Origin: Lingula anatina
Lineage: Eukaryota; Animalia; Brachiopoda
Reading direction: 5' to 3'
Assembly (NCBI GenBank): GCA_051362555.1
Contig: CM120647.1
Span: 1,612,001-1,676,000, forward strand
DNA: 64,000 bases
In this document: positions 1 to 54,102 of the stretch, in pieces
Numbering within the stretch: the first letter of the stretch is position 1
Layout of the letters: every line of letters begins with the position of its first letter
The notes under the pieces: model-generated
Told to the model about the DNA's origin: nothing
Databases searched by the model: none
The model's input: only the letters and a program-made list of their open reading frames with translations
Position numbers and translations under genes: made by a program

Positions 1-1108
1 TTTTGACAGTTTACCTTACAGTAACCCACTTATTAAAAAAATATATCATTTTCACAAATTTACAAACCTGACGCTGGGGGAGGGAGGAGGGATAAATGCC
101 ATCTGTGGGTTTTTGAAAAATAATAAAAATGATCCGAGTTGTTGTCAAGGGTCATCATTTTTTACTTCAATTCCACTTTGCAGTCTCTGAAAGGGGAAGG
201 GATGTCTAGAAAAATGCAACTCTTTGTAGACTTGTAAAAATGATGATAAAACGGACGGTCCCTTACTCTTTATAAACTAGCAACATGAGAAATACTCAAT
301 TTTTAGTGTAAAAGTTTATTGTGGCAGGCTGTCCTAATCTTTGTACACTAGCTATAAACTTTAGAAAAAGCATGGCAGATGTAAAAAAAAAAAAAAAAAA
401 AAACTCCTGACTTAGCCTGTTTTACCCCAGCTGAAGTGTCAGATACACCAGTGTAAGAGGCAAATATTTCACACAGTATTCACTAGGCAGAGGAGGTGGA
501 TTTCTCTTTGTAACAAACAATTCTCAAATCTACACATTCACAATTTCAGATCCTGAAGGGCATTGCTGCTTTCGTCATACTGGCAGGCACATTGGGAAGC
601 ACTGCAGCATACTGCTATCGTAACTGAGGAACATTTCATGATACAATATTCCTCAAGTAGACCAAGTACTGTCCAACATCCGGCTTCTAGGAGACTTCTA
701 CTTCCCTCAAGATATCCGACACCTTGCCAAGTTTGGACCAGTCTTTCCCTTAATTAATATTTTATATTCTTCAAGTTTTTTTTTTCCTTTTCATGTTCAA
801 CATACTAGTATACTGTTGGGGGGGGGGGGGGGGGGGGTTACAATGCAAACAGTGGAAAGAAATGTCTTGGTGTTTATGCAACTTTGAGGAGAATTTAGTC
901 CAATTTGTAATTAGCATTTTTAATTCTGCTCATAGATATCTTTTTCTAAAATCATCATAGACTTCATATCATGAGAACGTATTTATAATATAATGAAGCC
1001 ATTTTTAACATCTTTTTTATCATAATGTATAACAAATTTTTAGCAACTAAAAAAAAAAAAATAAATAAAAAAAAACCAGGTCATATATTTTTCCATGTAT
1101 ATACATAC

Positions 1109-1730
1109 CTGTAAAGAACCTTCCAAAGTTGTTTGCTGCCTCCACAACTGCCTTGTAGCCTGCGATGTTCCCCATAGAACTGAGCGCATCAAACACCTGC
1201 GCCCTGCTGATACGAGGGATGCAGTCCATGGCAAAGGCAGTCATCTGTTTCTGTGCTAAAGAATTCACCAGCTCAGGGTTCTGCGCAGGGTAAAGGAAGC
1301 TAATCAGAGTGCCCTTGTCTTTAAAAAGGTTGACTTCTGACGTCTCGGGGCCTCTGACTTTGAGAATGATATCTGAGGCAAATACTCCGCTCTTTGGCAG
1401 AATCTTTGCCCCCACCTGTTCATACGCAGCATTTGTGAATTTAGACTCGACACCGGCGCCTTCTTCAATATTGACTGTGAACCCTTTCTTGGCCAAAACC
1501 TCCGTTGCAGCTGGCGACAGCGCCACTCTGCGTTCATTCTTGAAGATTTCCTTCGGGACTCCCAGTGAGATCTTACTGTACGGAATTCCTGCGATGCTTT
1601 CAGATTTCTTGGAGGCGTCTTGGAATAGACTCTGATAGGTTCTGTAGCCACGGCGACTAGAGATGCGTAAAGTGGCTCTCTGGCACTGGACAGTGCCCAC
1701 TATGGACGACGCCCGCCGAATACGGAACAT
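1109..1730 (-). CDS. NNT: NAD(P) transhydrogenase, mitochondrial; first coding exon (gene continues off the left edge)
   Basis: Arg/Ser-rich presequence followed by domain I motifs GVPKEIFKNERRVALSP, EGAG, SDIILKVR, MDCIPRISRAQVFDALSSM.NIAGYKAVVEAANNFGRFFTG. Exon acceptor TTCTCAG before 1770, donor G|GTATGT after 1109. Probable non-coding exon 1 ends at a GTAAGT donor at 3462. Confidence 0.96.
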
Positions 1731-3462
1731 CTTGTAGCCTGTCTTGGTTAGGTGTCCCCCTGGTGGTTATCTGAGAATGAAAAAAATAAAAAATACCTAA
1801 AGCCTGTACTAGTATATGGAATACTCGAGATAAGAAATATTTGAATCACAAGATAAGCAGGATAACAACCGACTCATTAATGTTTAGAGATTACATTATT
1901 TAAAAAACCTGCTGTAATTTTCAGTAGTTATCTGCTCTATAACAAATTTATGCGGCATTATTTATAATCCCTGCTGTTGTTTTCAGTAGTTGTCTGCTCA
2001 ATCACAAATTAATGTATATTTTTCTGTTGCTTTTTGTATCAAAATAAGCAAGTGAATCTATTTAATTTAGTTGCTTTATGTATGTTATTTTTGTAATAAG
2101 TTATAGATGTCATAATTATATCCATTGTTTTCAAAAAAAACTTTTATTTCACAAATGTACAAATTATTTCATTAAATGTGTCATTGTCTTAGTATAAACA
2201 CAACACCTATTTCTTTTTACATCATTAAAGAGATCACTGACAGCTAAATGGCACGTGTCCTTATTAAAGCCCACATATTAGCTGTATCTTGTGTCCTACA
2301 TTCAGGTCATGACCTGTATTCCAAGGACAGAGAAGGACACTTGTTTGATAAGAGGCAGTCAGTGAACACATGTGGTCAGCACACATCACAGGTGCTAGAG
2401 ACGTGCCATAAGTAGTGCCACAACTGGGAGAACAGGATATTAGCCTAGTCATGGCACAGTGTATATTGACCTAACCCATCTACACTAAGATCCAATCTCC
2501 CACAAAGAGAGGTTGGGAGGGGGGGGGGATAGGGTGATTTTTTGTTGTTTTTTTTTTTTTTGGGGGGGGGAATCAAAGGAGATACAGGTTTAAGGGTAAA
2601 GTTACTGTCTGGAAACTAAAATGAATAAATGATCACTTCAAGTCAACGTTTGTGATTTTCTACATACTAGTATCTGATCATTTGGAATGCTGATCAATTA
2701 CTTGTTAGCTAGCCAAAGCTGCAGTATTTCTGCTGTAGACAAGTGATCATAGCCTCTGATGTGTATGAAACAGAGATATTCTTTTCTGTAAACATTGACA
2801 TAAGTGTTCCTTTTCTCAGTAAACCTGGCAAGTGCGCCCGTCTGTTGGGAGAAAAAAGGGAGAAGGAAGGGAAAAGATGCATGCAGTTTGGGAAAGAAAA
2901 GGGGCACTTTCCTTGAGGAAAGTTCTAACATTTTGTTTATGCCAGTTTAACTTCCCATTATTCTATAAAGATTTTTTTTTTTAGCAAATGATGCATATAT
3001 TTCAAGTATTCAAAAATAAAATAAAACAAATTTTAATTAAAACACTTCACTGTGCAAATGTTTCAATCCTCATGTATATTTTTTAATCTTAATGTTTCTA
3101 ATGTAGAATACAAATTGATGAATATTATCCATTTACATATGGACAAAGCGATCAGCTGTTTCCACACATTTCCAGCATTTCTATACACGTGTAAATCTTT
3201 TCAACAGTACGAGGCTTGGACACCACGTGGGTTTAACATCTGTCTGGCAATATGATATCAGTTACATAACACTGGCAACCTTTATAAGCGATGCCTGTCA
3301 GGTCGTACGTGGCAAAAAGAATGCCCAAAAATGGGGTCTCTCGGTGGTCGAGCCGACCTTTCAAGGACGTTTGCATTCTCAAAAAGCAACAACAGCTTGA
3401 GAAATTCTGATATTTCGAAAGCTTATCATCGAGATGATTTGAATGCACAGCTGTCTACTTAC

Positions 3463-3877
3463 TTAGTTTTGTTTCGGTGATAAAATTTTGGTGCGTTTCC
3501 CCACGGGTTATTCACCCGGCTTTCCTCAAAATGGCTGTTGATGGGGGACAACCGCTTGTGGGTGCTTCAGCCAATCAGCGCGGCAGGTGCCCGTCACGTG
3601 CCGGAAGCTCACTGGGGCGTTTGACTTTCGTGTAGGGGTGAATTTTAGAATTCATTTTTCAAATCTTGAAAATTAAAAATGCCCAACATTTACTTTAAAC
3701 ACTTATCATGAGAAAAATAAATTATATGATTTAGAAGTAAGTGCAAAAACATGTTTTTGTTTCGTGTGGTTTTCAATTTTTTCAAAATGTACTTTACAGC
3801 AGAAAGAGCCTATCCCCCTTTTATATCGATTTGAACCCGCCCACCAATGCTTGGCCTCTATCTCCAGCTACCAAAAA
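3463..3877. promoter_or_regulatory. Probable bidirectional promoter between NNT (-) and IDH2 (+), including the inferred NNT non-coding exon 1
   Basis: CpG-enriched relative to flanks. AAAATGGC (YY1-like) ~3528, CCAAT 3571 and 3844, GTCACGTG 3593-3600, CCGGAAG (ETS-like) 3601-3607, CCGCCC 3837-3842. The two genes diverge from here. Confidence 0.7.
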
Positions 3878-12715
<8,838 letters not shown>

Positions 12716-15079
12716 CATCCGACACAGCTTAGAACTTTTCATCGTCCATGTAGCTCTTAGACCTCACAAACCACGACAAATGGGTGTCATCTTTTAGACC
12801 TTTGAAGACACCCACTATCTCATAGAATGGGAATGAGTCTACTGAAATGGCACTCATATCTTATTACAACTGGCACTTTGTAGAATTTCGGCAAAATCTC
12901 TTAAATTTCTGCTCTTAACAATCACTTCAGGCTCAAAATTGGTGTAATTTCCTCCAACAGAGGGAGACTTGTTGCTTGAGATCTTGCACAAAAAAAGAAA
13001 AGAACAGACAAGAACTTGGCATTTATTCAATAAAACCATGGACTTCTTCATCTATGTGTAAAATCCTCTGTCTCTGTTGCCTGGGAAATGAAGACACACA
13101 CAGTAGACAGTATATGTATTTTTTGGCTGAAAACCTTTGGTGGAATATTTGGTAAAAAAAAAACATGGCTTTCTTTTCAGCTGTGATAGCTTGATTCCTG
13201 ATTGAGCTGATAGGGGGCAGCACCAGTAGGTAGAAGAACTTGAATGATGCTCTGCTCGACTTTCACAATCACGCTATGCAGCAAAATGATTGTTAAGAGG
13301 CACCACATCTGGTTTGATATCTTTATATGTCCTGTTCCCTCCTAAAATTTATTTATTTTATTTATTTTTCCACCACAAAAACAAACTTGAGTCAGTATTA
13401 TATTTTATTGGTGAAATTTGCCTTTTCTGTCCATGTTAACAAAATCATTTTTATAAGGTAAATTTTTCTTGAAGTTCACATTGTTATCAGCTCTTGAATT
13501 TACAAAAGATAATCAGGCAGAAAAATTAATTTTGGGATATGTTTTGTTTGAATTCACTTTACTTTTTTATTAAGGCTACAAGTTTTCTTAATATTTAAAG
13601 TTGCCAGCTATTTTTAATAGACAGTTTTTTCTGTGTGTTGTTGTGACAGTACCATTTCTTGTCTGTTGACTGAAGTTTTTTTTGTCATTTAGAATGAATT
13701 GGTTTGTTTTTGAAGTCTTTCATAGTTTTCATATACACTTTAGCCCATCTGAAATGAATGATAAATAAACTTGACTGAAATAAATCAGAGTTGGCTGAAT
13801 TTGACACCATTAACTGAACAAATTTGCATGTCGACATTTTTGTCAAGATAACAATTAAGGTCAAACAACACGAAATGTGGACATAATTTAATTGCAAAGA
13901 ACAGCAGCTGTATTTTGCAAGCTTCAGTTTATGATTTATACCACTATATAACCTACAATGACAACATTAGGGACATTTTTCCTATTGCATATTCGGAAGG
14001 AGTTGTAATATCGTCAAGAATGTGATGAAGGCGTTGCATGTAAATAGAGCTTGTATCACCTGAATGGGTGCTTATTTATTTATTACTTACCTTGTAAGAT
14101 GACAGCGGCAGGTGATAATGATATTACTTTCTTCATAATGTTCTTAATAATAAGCATTGGATGATGTAATGTACAGCTGAAAAGTAGTAAATGAGGTATG
14201 GTTTCTGAAGATTGTATGGTACACGTCTTTGTAAAGAAGTCTCATCTCTTGCTTCATTACGGTGTGGTTTCTGAAAGCTTTCTTCAACAAGATACTTCAG
14301 ATACAGCAAACGCAAAACATTCTGTTATGCCAATAGTTTGATTTGAAAGCCTTATGTCTATTTATCTGCATATTGAAGCACTTTGTTTTCTATCTTAAAG
14401 AGTAGAGGATACATGATAATTTATGTGCTAACAAGCACCCCCCCCCCCACCCAAAAAAAAAAAAAAAGCTCTTCTGACATCCACATAACATGAATGACCC
14501 AAGTTGTTATAGGGCCTATGGGTGATGCATACAGCTGACAGAGTAATATATTGGTATATCTATGTTTGGTTTAATGTATTCACAAGTTATAGAAGGTATT
14601 TATCAAGCGATAGTGTTATAATCAATTAATTACGTCTATGTTTTTTCCTGTCATGCCATATATCTGCTGGTCTTGTCAATTGTGTGTTTGTGTGCCACCT
14701 GCACTTGGAAATAAAAAATAATTAAATAGTAGTTTTTTTCTTTTGAATTGCAAACAGAATTAATCGATTGTTCAACGTATAACCAATTCTTTAATAATTT
14801 TACTGCCAAAAAGTTTTTGATTGACAAAATTTCATTCACTGCATCTTCCAATACATCTTATTCAAGTAAAACGAGTGTCCGTCGTTACCCTTTATGCCGA
14901 TAGAGGACAGCACTCGAATTTTAAGTCTGTAGCTTTTATCCTGCTCTAACGCCTTTTATGTAAGGTTTAGGAAGATAATCTTACTTCGCACAGCGTAAGT
15001 CATGCACTTGTGATGATTTACCACCAAATCGCAACAATTAAATAGGTGTTTTTTTCCACAAAAGTCAATATTTACCGAG

Positions 15080-15139
15080 GTTGCTATGGTAAACAACGGG
15101 GTCGGCTTGCGGCAATGAAATCGATTGTTGGTGACGTCA
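15080..15139 (+). promoter_or_regulatory. Ciliary-gene-type promoter elements: X-box (RFX) with overlapping forkhead core, and a CRE
   Basis: GTTGCTATGGTAAAC 15080-15094 overlapping GTAAACA; TGACGTCA 15132-15139; 125-185 bp upstream of the DCDC2-like ATG. Confidence 0.65.
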
Positions 15140-15262
15140 CGACCACAGAACTTCGTACGAGCGCAGAAGACTGGCATGGATTTTCCTCGACTTCCTCAAA
15201 ATGTGGTAAATAACGATCATTAAAGCAGCGTTCCTTGGATTTTAACACTTGATATCTGCAAC

Positions 15263-45879
<30,617 letters not shown>

Positions 45880-48800
45880 GTCAGCGTGCATATGGAGGTA
45901 GAGAAACTGTTTGCATGCCCACCCCACCCCCTCCCACCTTGGTTTTCATATATGTTATTTATTTTACTTTTCTTTTTTAGGTGAAGTGTATTTTTAGCTG
46001 GACATTTGTGTTTTTAAGTTTTTTTTATGTTTTTGTTTTAGTTATAAGATCTGTTTATAGAAAACCACCATTGATACTTGGTTTTGTAGCTGTTGGATGT
46101 GTTTTTTCCCCGGTGAATGGTGACTGACATGTTGTAACTTTTTATTCTTTTATTTTTTTCACTCAGCATTTATGTTGTTATGTTTTACTTCCCTTTTTTT
46201 TTTTTTTTTTAAACAGTACAGCTTTTATGTGTATAATTATTATTTAAGTTTTTCCTTTGTTAGCTTATAATGTATTGGTGCTGGATTTCTTCTCTTAAGG
46301 CTTTGATTCAGTTGCATTTTATGTACCTCCCCGCCCTATTATGTTTATTTATATTTATTTACTTTTAGAACATTTGTATTTGCGTGTTTTATTTCAGAAT
46401 GTTGGTCATCCTTTTTCATTGTAGTTATTTCTTTCTGATCCATGTGTTCAATGTTTTTTTCCCCCCATGCTTGTAATTTTTGTACTCATCTGATCTTTCC
46501 TTTGTTGAAATTTTTTTCTGACAAATGCAGTAAAATTATTGTCATTGTGCATCTTTGTCCTTTCAGTCGTGATGCAGAACCCCAAAGAGTGAAATCTAGA
46601 AGAAATTTGGAAGAAAAACTGTAGAATCTGATTTAATGCCACAGGGGTCCAAAGCAACAGTATTATAGTAGTGAGTCTTAGGATTGTGAGCAAAAGAGGC
46701 AGCATATATTTGGAAAAGGAACTTGGGATTGCAGCGATATAGTCTTTAAAAAAGGATGTTTTTCACATAAGTAACAGTGCACAAACACAGACTTCATTTG
46801 GAGAATCAGTGTCCATGAAAAGTGCAGATGTTATAGCCATGTTTTCTAACAGCCACCCACAACTTGACCATAAAGACATTTTTCGAGTTGCACACAATGT
46901 TCATTGTGTGTATTACGTTTCATTCAAGCTGTTGGGTTGCAAGTGCATTCTTCGTATTGAGAGAACAGCATTCCGTGAAGGATGAAATGACAAAATATTT
47001 TGAGAAAGAGAGAGTGGAGTTGATATGGCGTAAACTTGACCAGTGGCTCTTTGGATAAGACCATTTGGATAATGGTGTCTCATCTTTCTCTAACCTAGGT
47101 CACAGAGGTCATCACCATGGAAACATTTGGTGTTTTCAATTTCTCCTTGGAAGATGCATCATTTTATCTTGGACAGACCAGAAATCATGAATCTGCATTT
47201 TGTTTTATATGTGAAATGTCTGCCTTTATTGATATGTTTTACTTGTTAAAATATCAACAGCAGAGAAAGGCTTTGTACATACAATATTTATATTTGAACT
47301 TCATCGCTATCCCATAATAGTAAGATGGAGAGGCAGATGTTTTAGCAGGGTTTTGAGGGGAATGTGTAATATAATCCAGTAGGAATGGTACACATATATA
47401 TGTTTGCAGTGACTTTATCCATTTTTGCTTGCACCAAAGTTCAAATCACTTTTTATGCATTTTTAAAGCAGTGAACATTTCCTGTAATTTTTTTTAAAGT
47501 TGGAATTGTATTCAAGTTGTTCATTGTTTTTTAGAATCAAACTCAACATGCCAGTTCTTGCAGCTAACATATGAACATGAAAAGTGTTCTGGACCTTTTG
47601 CTGCTTATTTTTGAATATTCCTTTAGCTCTGACATCTGTTACCCGAACTAAAATGTCGGTATATTTTGACCAAAATTTTATTTGTGCATTTACAGCAGTA
47701 TTATACTTTCTGGTCAGTTACATTCAGTTGTCCGTTATATATTGTGAGTGGTTTCATGACATCAATCTGTAATCTTTGATATATGTATTATCTCTATTCA
47801 ATGCTATTGTGGTATGAAAGCTGTACACTTCAAGGTTTACCTTTGAGTTGATCCAAGTATATGTAACAAAGTTATATTATCAAATAAGAGAACTTAAGAA
47901 GGACAAGTGTTAAGATTGGAGTTAAGTTCTACAGGCACCTGTGTAGAAAAGATGAAGGAAGAAAACTCCATCTTCCTCAACTTCATCTCCACTCAGAATT
48001 AACCTCCTGATCAAGAGAACCGGAATCAAAAACAAGCAGAATTTTAAGAGGCCTTTCAATTTTTCTGATTACACACAGGGCATTTTAAGATGTGTAAAGT
48101 GCACTTCTCCAAGTATGGCGTATTCTTCACACGGCTCATTATTATAATTGTTATCATACATGTATATTGTGACCACACAATTAAGTCTTCATTGTAAATC
48201 TATTGTACATATAATGTTAAGCACAAGATTGCAGCACTAGCAGTCAGTTATTATGTACAGATACGTGTGGAGTGGTTTGATATCTCTGTCCTCTATTCAA
48301 CAACACAAAGCATCAGATTTGACTTTGGAACCTATACATTTATTGTGGAACCCCCTTTGAGTGCACTTATCCTGATATATTTATATATAATATTAATCAT
48401 GAGCAAAGATATTTAATTAATAAGGTTGATTCCATTCACCTGTAAATCATCCTAATCTGCCTACAATTTTGTTGTTAAACTTGCCAATCTGCTCATGTAA
48501 CATGACTGCTAATTGGTTGATTTGCTGAGAATTTGCATGTCGTTTGCATTTGACATATACCAGCTGTTCATCATGTAAAAATGACTTTATCCCATGACGT
48601 GTGGCATAACACAGTTATTTGATCAGGTTTGCCAATATATTGCCTGTAATGCTAATTGTGAGTGTTTACAACAATTTATTTGAGGTGTTTAAATTGTAAA
48701 ATTTACAATTTGGTATATTATCAAAGAAATTTACTGTAGGTGTACTGTGGAAAGCAATATACTTTTGCTGGCTTTAAAAGCATAATCTTTGTTAGATTAT

Positions 48801-49864
48801 ATAATTGTAAATAAGATTTTCGAGTGACACACTAAATTTGTGCATGGATTTTTACCAGTTAAGCCCAACCCAAGTGTGTAAATTTTTGATCGCAAACTAT
48901 GTTCACTATCAGCATAATGTTAAAATACATGGCATAAACTATGACAAATTTCTGCAATTTATCATGTCTAAAAATAGTTGTCAACAAAAAGGCAGTTGTC
49001 TCGTAATCTGCACATGGTCGCACGTTAAGTGTGCACACCCCTGCATGTGCGTTGTTCCTCACCAGTTCTCCGTCCGTCTCCAATATCACGTGCGATATAT
49101 CTGTTATGATAATATCATCGTCTTTATCACGTAATCTCATCTCCTAATCATGTACAGGTGTTAATTTATATTCGTAGGTTAATAAAGGTTTGTTGCACTT
49201 TATCTGTTTCATGTGTTTTTTTATTATTAGTCAATGAACATTTGTTTAATATATATTATCTTATTTTTTTATGTATATTTGAAATTGCTGATGAACTGTT
49301 CCTTTCATCTAAGACCAACTCCCCGCGTGTAGTTTGCAATCTGCTTACTGGATATCATTTGTTATAAACCATATACTGCAATGTACCAAATACCAAGAAA
49401 AATATATATATTCAAAATTTATTAAAGCCAAATCTCGTTGTAGTAAAAATCTCCCAAAATACATCTCATATTAAATTATAAGAAATCTTTTAAAGATATT
49501 CACATCTCAAAGACATAATATACACTATACTCTGTCAAATATATAAAATTTTGACATTCTGGATTTTCACAAGTTCGACTTATTTCAACAGTTCTAATTG
49601 ATTTCCTTCATGAAATGATAAAGTAATGAAAAAATTGAAAGGCATTAATAAGGGCATTATTGCAAATCGGATTCCATTGATTATTTCGAATTTCCTTTCT
49701 ATCTATTCCCAGTGAAAGTTGCATAGTAGGGACTATCACGATCTTGAAAATCTCTCTTTACACAAACAAATGATAATGTTAAATCAATTGAAAACAACAA
49801 GGTACCAGCGCTTCTCTCATGTAATTGCTACTGCTGTTGTGTTGTTTGTGGTATCTGATGTATT

Positions 49865-50888
49865 TTAGTTGACTCTGGGAAGACCTGCAACAATTCCACT
49901 CTCAATTCCACACTCATCTGTGCCTCTCTTGATCTTGAAGAAACCTGGGAATAGAAATAGTTTTTAAATCTAATTGGTCCATCTTCATTCTTACTATAAG
50001 CATCTTTCAACCATGCTGAATAACTGTAGGTATTCATAGCAGATCTAAGTAAAAACAAGGCAGCAAAGCTGTCAAATGTACAGACAAAAAACAGAAAATA
50101 AGATGCAAAAAAGGTCATTTTGTCAATTTTGATGCAATAATAAATAATGCTTATAATAGCACTGTCAGTCAACACTGAATTTTAATCTTGCACAACAGGT
50201 AACATGGTCAATAACAGGAGCGGACCCAGAGATATTTTCTGACAGTATTACAAAGTATCTATGTTGATCCATCCTCCATTTTGATGGTCTTCCAACAGAA
50301 AAAAATAGATACCAGTCAATATAAACTTAATAACCTGACTGTCTTCAGGAAGACCCAGAAGATGGTCCACCCCTTCAATAAAATTACAGTTTCAGGACCA
50401 TGAGAGTTCAAATTCACATTATGAAACTCTCAATATTTGAAAAATGATGACAGTGCATAAAATAATATTACATAATGTTTAAAGACATAAAAAACAATAC
50501 AACTGCTTATGTGGAAATACAGAAAATGTGCAGAGCCCCAGGCAGATGAGAGTTAAAAGTCACAAATGCAAGTGTTTGAGAAAAAATTATAAAGGAAAAC
50601 ATAACAAAGCTAGAAAAGCACTTTGAGAGTGCAGACCTCTGCCAAGGCAGCAATTGTTGATTATTATTGATAATTGATTGATTATTGTTCCAGACCACCA
50701 CCAAAAATTAATCATTGTCCTCTTTGGCCCACTTCCGACAGTTCCTGAAAATTTCTGCAAAATCAGTCCATAACTTTTGTGTTATGTGGATGACAGACAA
50801 ACGGGGGTGAAAATATGACCTCCTTGGCAGAGCTTGAGGTAAATATAATTCCAATGAAGATGCTATTCAAACTTTTAATCTTCCAGTT

Positions 50889-50940
<52 letters not shown>

Positions 50941-53900
50941 TAAAACTTATTTGCAATATTAAACAAAATTTACCTGCATAATTATCACTGCTTCCTTATT
51001 ATTAATCTAGCAGAGAGCTTTACCTTTGGGAGTTTACAGGGAAATATCAACAAGTGTGCTTTATGTAATCTCATTTAATGGCCTATTAAGGCAAATGACT
51101 TTATAACTCTGAAATTAATCTAGTGATACCCAAGGGTAATTTACAGACTGACCCACTCAAAGGTCTTTAGGCCCATAAGTCACACTTTAAGAAAAGCACA
51201 AAACCATAATGCCCAAAATAGGAGACTACCAATCCTGATGCAATAATACATTATGTTTAACTGCACAGTCAACATCAACTTATGCACAACAGGTAACACA
51301 GACGAAATTAAAAGCATAAGGCTTCAGGCCCATTGGAGTTCAAGTTTATACTTAGAAAGTGCCAGAATGAGAAAAATGAAAATTTCACAAAAATGCATAA
51401 ATTCAATAAAAATGATAATCCAATAGAGCTGGTTTTCTCATATGAGCTGAAGGCCAATCCTAAAAATCGTACTTGTAAGTTAAAAATGATAATAAGTAGC
51501 ACAGTTTTCTTTTCATAATGTTTGCAGTAGCAGTGCAAAAAGTTTTTTGTCAATTTTGATGTAACATTACATAATAAATTAGAGAATAATTATCACCTAT
51601 TTTTGTTTATTGACTATAAATAGGATGGACATGTAGAAAATATGATTACCATTCGGCTTCATGTTCATGGGAGCTCCGAGTCCCACAATGAATATGCCAA
51701 AAAGATAATGAATATTACACTAAAATGTATAGCTTCCAGAAAAAGAAGCCAATTAGACTGCTTTTCCAACTCAGGCTGCATTTTAGTCCTGTGTTTCTTT
51801 TTTGAAAGTTTGACAGTCATAAGTAACACAGTTTTCCCATAATGGTCATCAAGGCAGCAGCACCCAAAATTGTGTTTTCTTCTATTTTGATGCAACATTA
51901 CATAATGCTTAACGGCATAATGACCATCGATTTTTAATAATAAAATATAAGTGTCATGAATTTTCAGAAAATGTGACTAGCATGGGTCTTCAAGCCCGTG
52001 GAGGTTCTAAGTCACACCTTGGAAATGCCAATATGTGAAAAATTACATTTTCACAAAAAACTGTTTAATTGCCAGAAAAATTTACCAAACAGACTGCATT
52101 GCCTACTGAAGCTGTATTTTAGACCCATGTTTCTTTCCTGTAAGTTTGAAAACAGTAATTGACACGATTTTCCTTAAATGGTCATCATGGGAGCAGTGCC
52201 CAAAACAGGGGTTTCTTCAAATTTTGATGCAACATGACATAATGTTTAACAGCATAATGACCATCAATTTTTAATTATAAAATATTAGTATAACGCATAT
52301 TCAGAAAATGTGACAAGCAAAGGTCTTCAGGATCATGGAACTTCAAAGTCATACATTGAAAATGCCAATATGTGAAAAATTAAATTTTCACAAAAAAACT
52401 GCTTAACTACCAGAAAAATTTACCAAACAGACTGCATTGCCTACTGAAGCTGTATTTTAGTCCCATGTTTCTTTCCTGTAAGTTTGAGAACAGTAAGTGA
52501 CATGACTTTCCTTAAATGGTCATCATGGGAGCAGTGCCCAAAATAGGGGTTTCTTCAAATTTTGATGCAATATTACATAATGTTTTACAGCATAATGACC
52601 ATCAATTTTTAATCATAAAATATTAGTATCATGGATATTCAGAAAATGTGACTAGCAAAGATCTGCAGGCTCATGGAACTTCAAAGTCACATCTTAAAAA
52701 TGCCAAACTGTAAAAAAGACAGCACTGTTCTGAAATGGGTTTATTTCCATTTTAACACTTTTTAAACAAAACAAAATAAACCGTATACTTCCATTTTTAT
52801 ATGACCAACTAAGAAAATTGATGAGATGGGGAAAATATCAATAGAACAGTGTTAAATGTCCAATTTCCTCCATTCTGAGATTCTGAACATAGTTGATGAT
52901 TGAATCTAACAAACTGCAATATGATATGATATGAGTTTATTTCCATTTTTGACACTTTATTACACAATACACGATATCAAGTTTACCATCATTTTTACAT
53001 AATCAACTAACAATGTTGTAAAGATGCAGGAAATATCAAACAAACACTTTTACGTATCTTATTAGTTAAATAATGAGACTGTTAACATGCTTAAGAATTG
53101 AATCTGAGGAAATGTGAAAAAACAGCATAACTTCTAAAATAATGGCCAGATTATGCTGATTTTCCAACTCAACCTGCCTTTTAGTAAGATTGACCACTCC
53201 TGTAAGTATAATGACAATTGGCCTATCTGTTTTTCTTATATAGTGTTATCAGTGTTGCATATATGTTGAAAAAAGTGAAAAAATAGCATAACTCCCCTAA
53301 AAATGGCTTGATCATGCTGATTTTTGAACTTGATCTGCGGATTATGAATCTTCATCAGTTTTGTACGTTTGAAGCCAAAAAGTAAAGCTGTTTTCCACTT
53401 ATCGTGTTATCGGTGCTGCATATATGCTGAAAAAAGTAAAAAAAAACAGCATAACTCCCCTACAAGTCACCCGATCATGCTGATTTTCGAACTTGACCTG
53501 CGTATTATAAATATTTATCAGTTCTCTAAGTTTCAAGCCAAAAGCCAAAACGGTTTTCCAGTTATCGTGTTATCGGTGCTGTATATATATGCTGAAAAAA
53601 GAGAAAAAATAGCCTAAATTCACTAAAAAATGACCCAATCATGCCGATTTTCGAACTTGACCTGCGTATTATGAATATTTATCAGTTCTGTAAGTTTCAA
53701 GCCAAAAAGTAAAATGGTTTTCCACTTATCATGTTATCGGTGCTGCATTTATGCTGAAAAAAGAGAAAAAATAGCCTAAATTCATTAAAAATGACCCAAT
53801 CACGCTGATTTTCGAACTTGACCTGCGTATTATGAATATTCATCAGTTCTGTAAGTTTCAAGCCAAAAAGTAAAACAGTTTTCCACTTATCGTGTTATCG

Positions 53901-54071
53901 GTGCTTCATTTATGCTGAAAAAAGTGAAAAAACAGCATAAATTCCCTATAAGTGACCCGATCATGCTGATTTTCGAACTTGACCTGCGTATTATGAATAT
54001 TCATTAGTTCTGTAAGTTTCAAGCCAAAAGAAAAAACAGTTTTCCACTTATCGTGTTATCGGTAAAAGTGC

Positions 54072-54102
<31 letters not shown>

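Noticed and set aside
837-857. Poly-G/poly-C runs (also ~2520, ~16151, ~29240, ~60991) as G-quadruplex elements
   Set aside because: Simple homopolymers scattered through the window, with unreliable lengths and no positional pattern.
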